A DNA stretch of 27,427 bases from an uncultured delta proteobacterium (GCA_963803975.1 CAWDOY010000026.1:1-27427), one strand, 5' to 3'; positions 8,560-18,034 are shown, numbered from the stretch's first letter. Program-made: numbers and translations. The notes: generated from the sequence alone by a model not told the origin.

Positions 8560-8688
8560 TAATAGGGGACATGATGCTTATATAAATATTTCAAAAGTTT
8601 TATAAAAACCGGTATACATGCACAGTGAATTAAGCTATATGCAAAGTTTTCAAACCTAACACATAATATTTGTTTGCAAGAGAACTAC

Positions 8689-9177
8689 ATGACCACCAGT
8701 GAAAAAGTATTGCATCGCTTAATATTTATCTCAGGGATGAATGGCTGGTGCGTCACGTTTCTCGGTGGTGTGAGTATATTGGTTTCTCTTTCGATGGGAA
8801 GCTGGTATGGGGTTATTATAAGTCTGGCAATAACAGCATCAGGATATATGGAGCTTAGGGGGCGTCAAGAATTAAAAAGAAAACGTCCTGAAGCACGAAT
8901 GTGGTTAACTGGTAGTCAGTTGTGGCTTCTTTTTATAATTGTCTCCTATGCCGGGTATCAACTGCTTGTTTTTGATCCATCAAACATGTTAAAGGATATT
9001 CCCCCAGCAGAACAGCAAGCAATGAAGGGGATTGTTGAATCAAATGCTCAGCTATTAAGCACTATGTATAAAGCGGTTTATACTGCAGTAATTATTGCAT
9101 CTTTCATATATCAGGGGGGATTATGGCTTTATTACAGAAGGGACTATTCCAGGCTTTTTTCATCAGCCAGTGAATAA
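8689..9177 (+). CDS. Hypothetical membrane protein (about 4 TM helices)
   Basis: ATG 8689; four hydrophobic stretches; no recognised motif. Confidence 0.75.
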   Translation: MTTSEKVLHRLIFISGMNGWCVTFLGGVSILVSLSMGSWYGVIISLAITASGYMELRGRQELKRKRPEARMWLTGSQLWLLFIIVSYAGYQLLVFDPSNMLKDIPPAEQQAMKGIVESNAQLLSTMYKAVYTAVIIASFIYQGGLWLYYRRDYSRLFSSASE

Positions 9178-9319
9178 CGCAAGAACCTCTCCCGTTAGTC
9201 CGTCAGCAGTCTTGCTGCCTGTCAATACCTAACGGTCGTCTATGCTTCAAGTCCCCTGCAAAAGTGTTTGTAAAGCTCTGTAATAGAGCAACCCTGATAG
9301 AACAACATTTCATGGTTCT

Positions 9320-9888
9320 TTAGTATATCCATATGCAGTTTGCAATCGAATCACGCATTGCTCTCAATATATTAAGTTTTTCAGTATCATGGACCGCACT
9401 CTCAAAAGCACAGGTGGATGGTGCGGGGTTAAACTCAGCGGGTTCCAAATCCCAATGAAAATGGCCATTGTTTGCTCCATTAAAGAGCGCAACGGCATCA
9501 CCTGTAATGTTGTAACCTGATGCAGGTAATGTTAGCCAACTGATGGTTGTGGCACCACCAATAGTCCAATCCTGATAAAGTGGCGGATATGTTGTTAGCC
9601 ATTACATGTTTGTGTTACAATATCTTTAATCATAAATATGCCAGTCTCAAAAAAATATTTTCCTTTATCTCCTCCCCCATTGTCCCACTGTAGACTATAG
9701 CCAGGGGTATTTTCAAGGGGTGCAAGGGACTGAGCATCTTTAGTTTCAGTAATACAGTCGCTGGAACCATCTATTGCTTTTGTCTCCAGTAATACGTGAA
9801 TCGAACCTGATACCTGACCCTGTCCATTCCATTTATAGAGATCGGATACTGTTGTATCCTTTTGATCGAGAACAAAATTACCATCCAA
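9320..9888 (-). pseudogene. Truncated fragment of a secreted protein with a broken CFI-box-CTERM-like tail
   Basis: Track ORF 9595-9888 has no RBS or signal peptide. After a frameshift near 9597 it continues TTYPPLYQDWTIGG...HFHWDLEPAEFNPAPSTCAFESAVHDTEKLNILRAMRDSIANCIWIY*, where C...LRxxRD starts the tail domain and then stops early. Confidence 0.65.
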
Positions 9889-9896
9889 GGTAAACC

Positions 9897-10187
9897 TTAA
9901 ACTTCGCTGGTAATCTTAAGAAATTCATCAATCGGCACTGCAGGCATTGTCACTGGTATGACTCTTCCTTTAGAGCTGATCCTTAAAATTGCTGACATGA
10001 GCGCTTTTTCATCAGGCAGTTCAACAATAGTCATGACATCATATTCTCCAATCAATCCATAGGCATTAATAAGATTCCCTCCGTGGGATTTAATGATTTC
10101 GTTGACAACCTTATACCGTTCAGGAGTGTGTTTAATGTCAACCAAACCATCTTTTGTGTATTTCCACATTGTTACGTATATTGGCAT
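9897..10187 (-). CDS. GYD domain-containing protein
   Basis: 96 aa with YTKDG, GG..INAYGLIGEYDVMTIVELPD; RBS AAGGAG. Confidence 0.88.
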   Translation of the reverse strand: MPIYVTMWKYTKDGLVDIKHTPERYKVVNEIIKSHGGNLINAYGLIGEYDVMTIVELPDEKALMSAILRISSKGRVIPVTMPAVPIDEFLKITSEV

Positions 10188-10294
10188 GTTATCTCCTTCC
10201 TTCTATGCATTCAATGCTTGAGGGCTATTATTTATATCGTCAAAAGAGATGCTGTGTCTGTTAAGCCTAAGATCTCTTCTGCCGCGCTGCAAGA

Positions 10295-10510
10295 TCAGTC
10301 AAGCCACCCCGTATCTAATTCATGCAATTTCCAATTCGCAAGCAATAAAACCGTATCGCCACCTAACCGCTCGGCAGTTTCAATGTATGTTTCTCTTCGC
10401 GCATTATCTGCTTCTGATCTTGCAATCAAATAATCACTAACTATCTTTTCTAAATCAATAGCAGTGCTACAACCATTAATTTTCTGAATTATTGTTTCCA
10501 TGGCTTCCAT
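10295..10510 (-). CDS. Small hypothetical protein (71 aa)
   Basis: AAGGAG upstream of ATG 10510 (MEAMETIIQKINGC...); the longer track ORF reads through a terminator. Confidence 0.6.
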   Translation of the reverse strand: MEAMETIIQKINGCSTAIDLEKIVSDYLIARSEADNARRETYIETAERLGGDTVLLLANWKLHELDTGWLD

Positions 10511-10543
10511 TGCTCGCTCCTTTAAAAAAGGATTATTTGGGAG

Positions 10544-10589
10544 AAAACAAAAAAACCGTCTCAGGCATAGTCTTCTCCTGATGACGGTT
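10544..10589 (-). terminator. Intrinsic terminator with no CDS directly upstream
   Basis: Minus strand AACCGTC-A-TCAGG...CCTGA-GACGG-TTTTTTTGTTTT. Confidence 0.75.
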
Positions 10590-10815
10590 ACTCTTGTTAC
10601 AGTAATCGGCAACATTACTTTTGATGAGTATCACCCCGGCACTCATCGCTGTTGCCTTTATAAAAATACTTTATTCGGTTTGTTACGAGAGGTTTCTCCT
10701 CTCTAAGATTATTCGTATGCCTCTCACTATAGCATGTCAATCGAAATAATAGTTTACATATAAATAGTTCTAAGTAGTAAACAGGGTAGTGGTGATCATA
10801 TATGGATGCGAATAC

Positions 10816-10868
10816 CTACAACTTGTTGTGGTAGGTATATGTAGATGAAAAGTGCAGCTTATGTATCA
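10816..10868. repeat. Repeat B, copy 2
   Basis: CTACAACTTGTTGTGGTAGG...TGAAAAGTGCAGCTTATGTATCA. Confidence 0.85.
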
Positions 10869-11004
10869 TGAAGTGCTCAATGGAGAATAGCTCAAGTATT
10901 TTCACTTACATCTGGTAATATGCAATTGCCTGATATTGAAGAGCCTTTTAAAGGTAGTTACTTTGATGTGTGATAACTGACTTTGCATTACCGTAATTTT
11001 AATC

Positions 11005-12673
11005 TTAATCCCTCTGGACCATAACACCAAAAGTTTTAAAAATTATTCCATGCTCAATGTCCTGTTTGAGGCGGAATAAGTCCTGCTGAAGAGCGGGGCT
11101 GGCCTGCGCTCTCAGAGCATCTATTAATGCAATTGCTTTTTGTATCGTATCCTCGCTTATCGCTGCTTTTCTTTTTGCCAGAATACTTTCTATTGCAGGC
11201 AGTATGCCCCGCATGAGCATGCGGGCCTGCTCTTTCAATTGCGCATTATGAGCAAAAATAGCGCTCATTTCAACGGCGTGTTGGTAATAAAGAGCGGTAT
11301 ACTGCCTTCCCTCACTGGTCTTTGCAAAGAGCTCAGTTCTTAAACCCCGCAGCGTGTTCAAATCCTGCCCGCGTTCACCCATGACTGTTTGTGCCGGGCA
11401 GCCGCCAGACGGCACGGTAGTGGTGGTTGTTGCATTCCCCTGATAGCGCAGTATGGTTCCGTTTTCGCCCGCGGCAAACACGCCAGCCTCAGGGTTTCCC
11501 CATATGCCGTAGAGCGCGTTGTCCGTGCCGCTGTCAAGACAAACCCATTCCGTGCCGTCATAGTGCAGGATGGTGCCGCCTGGACCCACTGCATATACAT
11601 CAGTGCCCGAGCTTCCCCACACGCTGGAAAAGCCGTAGTCAAAGTATTTAGATACCCAGCCGGTCCCATCAAAGTGCCAGATGATGCCGAAGGACTTGCC
11701 CATCCCTTTATCATAGCCATTGCCTGCGATAAAAATATCATTACCTGAGCTTCCCCATATTCCTGATAACCATTCATATCCGCCTCCAACGCCAGGTATG
11801 AGTGACCAGTCGTATCCGTCATAATGGATAATCCCTCTGTCAGAGCTGACATATACATCTGCGCCTGAGCTGCCCCATACGCAGTTAAATGCGGTTGAGG
11901 ACCAGTCCTCTCCGGTCGCGGTAATATTCATCTTGACCCAGGCAGTGCCGTCGTAATGAAGGACAGTGCCAAGGCCGACCACGAACACGTCGTCAGCGGA
12001 AGAACCCCACACATCATATAATGGATTAACGGTTCCGGAGAGAGGATGCGCCACCTGCGACCAGGCGCAATCCATCGTAATGCAGTATGGTTGCCTTGTC
12101 ACCCACTGCATACACATTGTCTGCAGCGCTTCCCCAGATGCCGGACAATTGAAGCGTGGTGCCGCTTGCATCAGGGCTCCAGGAAAAACCATTATAGCGC
12201 AGGATGGTGCCGCCTTCGCCGACCGCAATAATGTTTTCCCGCGAGCTTCCCCAGATGTCGTATAAAATGCCTGAGGCAGCAGTCTGTTCCGGAACCCAGG
12301 AATTCTTTGCCACCAGTGCCGGCACTGCATCGATAAACTGCGAGGTGCCTTTTGCATCCACCGTCTCAAGGCGGTAGTAGTATTTTGTCCTGTCCGCGAC
12401 CGCGGTATCTGTCAGCGTGTAGGCGCCGCCGCTGTAAGGTCCGGGCGATTTCGTGGGAATAAAGGAGTCGTTTATTTTTATATAGTCTGCATCTTTATTT
12501 TCAGAACGATAAAGATTGAACCCCGTGTTGTCAAACTCCATCCAGGTTTTCCACTCAATGACCACCGTTTGCCCCTGCGGCTTTGCGGTAAAAGAAAACA
12601 TGGCTACGCCGGCGCCTGCTTCACCTGTCATAAATAAGAGGATAATTACCACGCTGTAACGCAGCAGCTTCAT
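11005..12673 (-). CDS. Secreted protein: Ig/FN3-like domain, WG-S-S repeats (beta-propeller-like), CFI-box-CTERM-like tail; one frameshift near 12070
   Basis: Signal peptide MKLLRYSVVIILLF..AGA; GFNLYRS...YYYRLETVD; about 7 repeats of (I/V)WGSS.D(V/I)(Y/F)AVG..GTILHYDG..W across the two track ORFs; TTTTT linker; GGCPAQ..LNTLRGLR..GRQYTALYY. Confidence 0.85.
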
Positions 12674-12735
12674 AGTGGTTTCCCGGTTACTGGCCTTTAT
12701 TGAAATATCGTTACGCTTCATTTTAAAGATGGAAT

Positions 12736-12784
12736 AAGATAAAAAGCTCCCGCCAGTGCATCACTGATGGAAGCTTTTTATCTT
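12736..12784. terminator. Bidirectional terminator-like hairpin
   Basis: AAGATAAAAAGCT-CCCGC-CAGTG-CAT-CACTG-ATGGA-AGCTTTTTATCTT. Confidence 0.75.
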
Positions 12785-12862
12785 TCGATCCGATTACGAT
12801 GCTCCTCTTTTTTCCTCATGGTGCAACGACCTCGGGATGCTGTTATAGTAAATTTAATTGGC

Positions 12863-12890
12863 GAGATTGCCGCGCTGCGCTCGCAATGAC
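12863..12890. repeat. REP-like palindromic unit of the GTCATTGCGAG type (single copy)
   Basis: GAGATTGCCGCGCTGCGCTCGCAATGAC; ATTGC...GCAAT stem; family recognised from recall. Confidence 0.65.
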
Positions 12891-12936
12891 CAGTAAGCCT
12901 TATGTAACCTGATTCAGGTCTCAAGCGCAAGCAGAT

Positions 12937-13383
12937 TTACGCTTCCAGCTTTTTGGAGACTGCTTTGCCGTACTCCTGGCACGCCCGCAGGCCGTCTCCG
13001 TGCTCCACCAGGTGCTCCAGCAGATTAAAAGCACCCAGTTCAACCATGTTCATCTTGTAGACATTCTCCATGGTGTCAAAAATTATCTTCGGCGCGTCGC
13101 CGCTGTGGGTGTAGGAGCCGAATGACCCGCCCACTTTTCCCGTAAGGCCTGCCTTATGCGCCATGAACAGAAAAGTTTCCATAATCGGCGGCATGGTCCG
13201 GTGATAGGTCGGGGAGCCGAACACATAGCCGTCATATCCCTGCAAATCTTTTTCCGTCTTGAGCTCTGTGATCTTCTTAACATCCGCGGCATTTCCCAGC
13301 ATGCGCACGCCTTCCGCAACATAGTCAGCCATCTGCTGGGTTTTACCCGTTCTGCTAATGTAGGCGATCAATACTTTTTTCAT
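12937..13383 (-). CDS. Flavodoxin-like protein (FprA C-terminal type)
   Basis: YISRTGKTQQMA, FGSPTYH, GKVGGSFGSY; GGAGG before ATG 13383. Confidence 0.9.
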   Translation of the reverse strand: MKKVLIAYISRTGKTQQMADYVAEGVRMLGNAADVKKITELKTEKDLQGYDGYVFGSPTYHRTMPPIMETFLFMAHKAGLTGKVGGSFGSYTHSGDAPKIIFDTMENVYKMNMVELGAFNLLEHLVEHGDGLRACQEYGKAVSKKLEA

Positions 13384-13615
13384 GGTTACCCTCCCGGTAT
13401 TTTGAATGTTCACATTGTGGTCAATTCAGAACTCAAAAACTCACGAAGATAAAAGCATAACAGATTCCTGATTTCCTGAGTTCCAGATTTTAAAATTTCT
13501 TGTGCTGTAGATAACATATATTATAAATAACCAATAATTTCAGGTTTTGCCAGGTACTTTTTTAGTTTTACATTTAAAAATATTTTGCTCTTGCAGTTTA
13601 CAGCGGACTTATTAT

Positions 13616-13647
13616 ATCATTCATACCGGACAGTCGGTATGAATGAT
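13616..13647. promoter_or_regulatory. TetR-type operator overlapping a candidate -10 (TATCAT 13615-13620)
   Basis: ATCATTCATACCG-GACAGT-CGGTATGAATGAT: perfect 13-bp arms, about 70 nt upstream of the cytochrome gene. Confidence 0.75.
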
Positions 13648-13715
13648 TTTGGAGGGTTTAGTATATACGGCTGGTGTTCTATTGAAAAAACTGGAGATCG
13701 AAAAAGGAGAAATAA

Positions 13716-14983
13716 ATGGGAAACAAGCACATGAAGGGGAGCTCTTTTATCTGTTTGCTTCTGGGAGCCGTTGTACTAATGGCACCGGGGTGCCAGAGGA
13801 AGCAGGCTATCTATGTGATAGGCGGTTATGGGTGGATGGCACAATTCATAGATCAGGATGGCAATGTTATAACTGACGGCGTGGATAGGACAAAAAGCCA
13901 GTATAACTTAGCCAACGAACTAATTGGCACATCTGCGCAATTTGTTGCCTATAAAACAGATCAGGCGGAGCCGAAGACATATGACTGCGGGGCCTGTCAC
14001 ACCACAGGCTTTACTCCAGAAGGTGAGCCACCAGATACAGATTATGTCGGTTCAACCACATGTATTGGTTGTCATCAAAGCTCAAACCCGTTCATCGTAA
14101 ATTCTTTTAAAGAACACGGACATCAGTTTAAGCTTAATGTCGTTAATGAAGCTCCTCCGGTTTACCCTGATTTTTGTTCTGGTGTGCCTGAACCCCCTGA
14201 TAAATTTACCTTTGGTACTACACCGCCACCGGAAGACCTGTTCACCTTGCCGGGCATACAAGGGCAGTGGGTTGAGCCAAATGTAGGGTGTGAGGCGTGC
14301 CATGGCCCCGGAAAAGAGCACCAAGCAAACCCTGCCGGGGTAAAGCCGCCGGGTGAGCCACAGACAGCCTGTGGCAAATGTCACATTACGGGCCCCCAGG
14401 TCAACGGAGTACCACAAGAAGACGGCGTAATTGAAGCAGATGGCAACCTCATGCTGCAGAGTCAGGAGTGGGAAGAGTGGGAAGCAAGCCCCCATAACGC
14501 AACAGGAGGTCCTCAGTGCGCAACATGTCATAACCCGCATGCCTCAACAATACATGATGATAAGGCAAAAGGGGATGGCCGGCGCGTGTATAGAAACCTT
14601 GATTGTCTGAAATGTCATCCGGGTATAAAGATAGGGCTTGGTATGTTTAACCTTATGTGCATTGACTGCCATATGCCCTACGCTGCTAAATCAGCAGTTA
14701 GCAAAGGCATTATCGGGAAAGAAGGAAATTATTCGTATGTGGGCGACGTGCGGTCGCATCAGTTTAAAATCAATGCCGCGGCAGAATCACCGAATGCCTT
14801 TTTTAACCCCGACCGCACGGCAGTGCAGCTTGACGCAAACGGCAAGGTGCCTGGGCTGACCCTCAATTTTGTATGTCAGCCATGCCACAGTTCGGGGGGG
14901 ATCAGGCCTCATTGCTTCCTGCGGCAACGCCATACACTTTTAATGAATTAAAAGTATTTGCGCCGCAAGTGCACGCTGAATAA
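13716..14983 (+). CDS. Octaheme c-type cytochrome, predicted lipoprotein; frameshift in G7 run near 14897
   Basis: Eight CxxCH (CGACH, CIGCH, CEACH, CGKCH, CATCH, CLKCH, CIDCH, CQPCH); LLLGAVVLMAPGC lipobox-like; adding one G gives ...GDQASLLPAATPYTFNELKVFAPQVHAE* ending 14983; RBS AAGGAG. Confidence 0.9.
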
Positions 14984-15126
14984 GCGCACAATATAAACCT
15001 GTTGCTGAACTGAAAAATGGCGTTTTGCAGCTTAAACCTTTTGAAGCGGTTTGCTTTCGGAGTATGATGAAGGACACTGAATGTAATTAAGACTAACGTT
15101 TTGAACAAGGTAAAAGGAGCGATACT

Positions 15127-16139
15127 ATGAACACAGGAATCTTGAAAAAGATAATAACCCTGCTGCCGGGATAGCACGACGCTCATTTATGAAGATCAGC
15201 GGGCTCTCAGTATTTTCGATGCTCGGCATTAACGGTGCAAAGAAGCTGTTTGCCGGCGAATACCAGGAGACGTGGAACGAATTCGGCTACGACGGCAATA
15301 TTCCCTGGTACTGGAATGAAAAGGGTTTTCCCGTCCACAAGACCGTGAATGTGAGCAAATTAAGCGAGGGGATCATCAGCGCACGGGTTGATAAGCGCTG
15401 GAGACAATTTAAGATAATTACACCGGATCAAAATTACCGCGATTTTGAAAGCAACGGCATGGTGAACATCTACAATAAGCTGCTGGAGGGAGTGGTCGCC
15501 ATGTTCGGCGGGGTTTATTGCCCCACCATAATATCCTACGGCGGGATACCGCGCGGAGACAGCAAATTTACCTTGAACGGCGCGTGCAAGTTCATGTTCC
15601 CCTGCCCGAAAGATGAGGCCACCGCGCAGACCATGATTGATACCCTAAAAGAGCTGGCTTCAAACTCGACAGAGCGTCGCAAATGGTTCAGAGACCAGTT
15701 TGCCAATCAGTATCTATGGGACTATTCAGGCCTGGTAGCCCGCGATGAAACAGTGTTAAATCCCGGCGAGGAAAAGGCTGATACCCTGTACCGCGAGACT
15801 CACACCTTCCGCAACCTGATGGAAAACCCGCTGGCGGTTATTCTGTTCGTATCAAACACGGATAATCAGAGTTACGAGCTGCGGACCATCGCCCATTATG
15901 TGCACAAAGATGATGAGACCGCCAATCCCTATGAACGCAAATTAGCAGAGTTCATAAATACCTACGCCAATGTCTCCCATGGCCTTAATGCCAACTTTCC
16001 GGCCATAATATTCCGCACGGTTGAAGAGTTCAACAACAGCATGGAAGTGGGGAAAGAGGGCACCCGTGTGGCACAGCTGGTGAACGGCGTAAAGAACATG
16101 TACGCCAGAATGCCCTGGAATAAGAGCAGTATCGGCTGA
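15127..16139 (+). CDS. Tat-exported protein, tentatively FMN/heme-binding split-barrel (PNPOx-like); frameshift right after the start
   Basis: AAAGGAG precedes ATG 15127. Upstream of the track ORF, in frame, is ..PAAGIARRSFMKISGLSVFSMLG (twin-arginine motif), reachable only by restoring one base. THTFRNLMENPLAVILF..SYELRTI resembles the split-barrel T..N...NP motif. Confidence 0.75.
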
Positions 16140-16197
16140 TTCAGCTGCTGGTAAAAAGCCCACGGGGATATTTGCCTGAAGGTAAAAAAACAATATC

Positions 16198-16246
16198 GTT
16201 ATGCTCTTCCGCCTTTATCGTGCGGAAGAGCATGACATGTTTTATC
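16198..16246 (+). terminator. Strong hairpin between the Tat gene and tetR (weak terminator or stability element)
   Basis: GTTATGCTCTTCCGC-ctttatcgt-GCGGAAGAGCATGAC then ATGTTTTAT. Confidence 0.5.
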
Positions 16247-16267
16247 CTGGCCCATAGCTTATACGTG

Positions 16268-16861
16268 ATGACCGCAAAAAAAGCGCCGGACATCCGCAAA
16301 GAAGAAATTTTTGAAGCAGCCCTGCACTGCTTTAACCACAAGGGATATTATGGTACCTCGATTGATGATATTGCGGCGCAGGCGGAGATTTCCAAGGGCG
16401 GCATCTACCATCACTTCTCTTCCAAGAAGAGCCTTTTTATAGAACTGTTCAACTCCCGGGTAAACCGCTATTTTGATGTGCTCAGGGCAAATATTGACAG
16501 CATCAATGACCCGGCAGAGCGCATCCAGGACTTTGTGGAGAAGTCAGAGCAGATTTTTCAGCAGAACCTTGACCTCCTGAAGTTCAGCCTTGAGTTCATG
16601 ACCCTCAGCACGCGCGACCCGGATATCAGGGAAGCGGTGACGCAGGTTTACCAGAACCGGGTGAATATATTTACCCGGATACTCACCGAGGGGATCGAGG
16701 CAGGATCATTTAAAGAGCTTGAAGCCGAGGCTGTTGCCCGGACCCTCTATTTTCTCTCCATGGGGTTTTTTCTCAACTATTTTACGGTCAATATTGATTT
16801 TGACCTGAAAAAGCAGCACAGCATTAATATGAAAACTATTCTTGAGGGAATTAAGAGATAA
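16268..16861 (+). CDS. TetR/AcrR-family regulator
   Basis: RKEEIFEAALHCFNHKGYYGTSIDDIAAQAEISKGGIYHHFSSKKSLF; ATG 16268. Confidence 0.95.
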   Translation: MTAKKAPDIRKEEIFEAALHCFNHKGYYGTSIDDIAAQAEISKGGIYHHFSSKKSLFIELFNSRVNRYFDVLRANIDSINDPAERIQDFVEKSEQIFQQNLDLLKFSLEFMTLSTRDPDIREAVTQVYQNRVNIFTRILTEGIEAGSFKELEAEAVARTLYFLSMGFFLNYFTVNIDFDLKKQHSINMKTILEGIKR

Positions 16862-17034
16862 GGGAGCAGCAGATGGTGTTGCAGCACCATAACGGCTGGT
16901 ACTGTCAAAAGTTTTATGAATAGTAAAAGAAGATATGCAACCACAGGACACAGAGATGAGGCAAGAGCATTTGCTGATCTGAAGGCTGACAGCAAATAAT
17001 TTCACGTTACTAAAACAACGAAAAGGAGCGCAGC

Positions 17035-17850
17035 ATGAGTAAAAGAACGATCGGTTTTATTATTATGGTAAGCCTTATCTGCTTTATCGGCTACCAGGGA
17101 ATGCTTTCAGCGGCGGACAAAAAGTCCCCGAAGGAGCAGGCGAAGACAGAAAAGGCAGCCAAGGCGAAAGCAATCGACACGTCGGCGACCCTTGACAACA
17201 CCCACCCGGAAGTGGAGGCAGGCTTTTCCTGCAATGACTGCCACGAGATAAAGCTTGACGCTAAAACAACCGCCACCCAGGTGTGGCTGTCCGGAGAATC
17301 TCCCGGCAAAAAAGCCGGCGAAGGCCTGATGCCGAAAGAAAAAGTCTGGGAAGCGGTCGTCAAGATCATCGGCGGCAAGAAAATGGAGTCCAAGACCTTC
17401 GTGCTTGGCACCTGTATGAACAATGTTCCGCTTACGACAACTGCCGAGTTTACCCTGGACCCGGTCAAAAAAGTGCTCTACGGATTCCATGAACCGGGCA
17501 CGGAAAAACTTATCCAGATAAAGAACAACCCCAGGGTGAGCCTCAACTGGCACCGTGAATTTGAGAGCTTCACGGACTTCTGCTGCATCCAGATAAAAGG
17601 CCGCGCAGAGCTGCTGGACGGGAAAAACCCCGAGTTTGAAAAGGTCCTTATCGAACTGCTGCCGTATGAGAATGGCGCACGCGTACCCAAGGATGCAACG
17701 CCGGAGCAGCGCGAGCTGCGGCTTAAGCAGTTCAGGGAAAGCCTGAAAAAGGGGTTTGTTATCAGTAAAATAACGATTGAGCAGGCAACCATGGCCAATT
17801 ATGCGTTTGCTACCGAGGGCTTCCGCAGGTACCAGCGCTGGACCCCGTAA
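17035..17850 (+). CDS. Exported monoheme c + PNPOx-like split-barrel fusion protein
   Basis: Signal peptide; HPEVEAGFSCNDCH; KTFVLGTC..NVP, TEKLIQIKNNPRVSLNW, IQIKGRAELL; RBS AAGGAG. Confidence 0.85.
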   Translation: MSKRTIGFIIMVSLICFIGYQGMLSAADKKSPKEQAKTEKAAKAKAIDTSATLDNTHPEVEAGFSCNDCHEIKLDAKTTATQVWLSGESPGKKAGEGLMPKEKVWEAVVKIIGGKKMESKTFVLGTCMNNVPLTTTAEFTLDPVKKVLYGFHEPGTEKLIQIKNNPRVSLNWHREFESFTDFCCIQIKGRAELLDGKNPEFEKVLIELLPYENGARVPKDATPEQRELRLKQFRESLKKGFVISKITIEQATMANYAFATEGFRRYQRWTP

Positions 17851-17881
17851 GCTCGCTCAGGTGCGCAGGCAATGATATAAA

Positions 17882-17993
17882 ACCACAGGGCACCGAGGTT
17901 ACAAGTTGGAAGAGTTAAGGAGTTACGAGTTCTGGAGTCTGTTAACTCCTGAACTCCTCGACTCCATTACTCATAAACTCAACGTTCTGTGGT
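17882..17993. repeat. Octamer-like tandem array with inverted partner, enclosed by ACCACAG/CTGTGGT
   Basis: gaagagtt-aaggagtt-acgagtt-ctggagtc versus aactcctg-aactcctc-gactccat-tactcata-aactc. Confidence 0.8.
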
Positions 17994-18034
17994 GTTGCTT
18001 TCATAATACTCAAGGGATTTAAAGGGAGAAATGC

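Noticed and set aside
9171..9601. Integron attC sites (TAAC after stops, GTTAG nearby)
   Set aside because: No L boxes or suitable spacing, no intI, and the stop at 9595 is better explained as a frameshift.
10560..10660. TPP or fluoride riboswitch (GGGGTG, CTGAGA, GCGATG fragments)
   Set aside because: The remaining conserved elements and their order are missing.
6848..10830. NrdR-box-like ACAATATATTGT motifs (6851, 8357, 8521, 10818)
   Set aside because: No ribonucleotide reductase genes nearby; all four sit inside repeats A and B and are better explained as element ends.
13716..14983. OmcZ/OmcS nanowire or NrfA/HAO assignment
   Set aside because: Motif spacing does not match those proteins as I recall them, and there is no CxxCK.
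2881..17993. CRISPR array
   Set aside because: Repeats are 7-9 nt tandem units or dispersed pairs, with no regular unique spacers and no cas genes.
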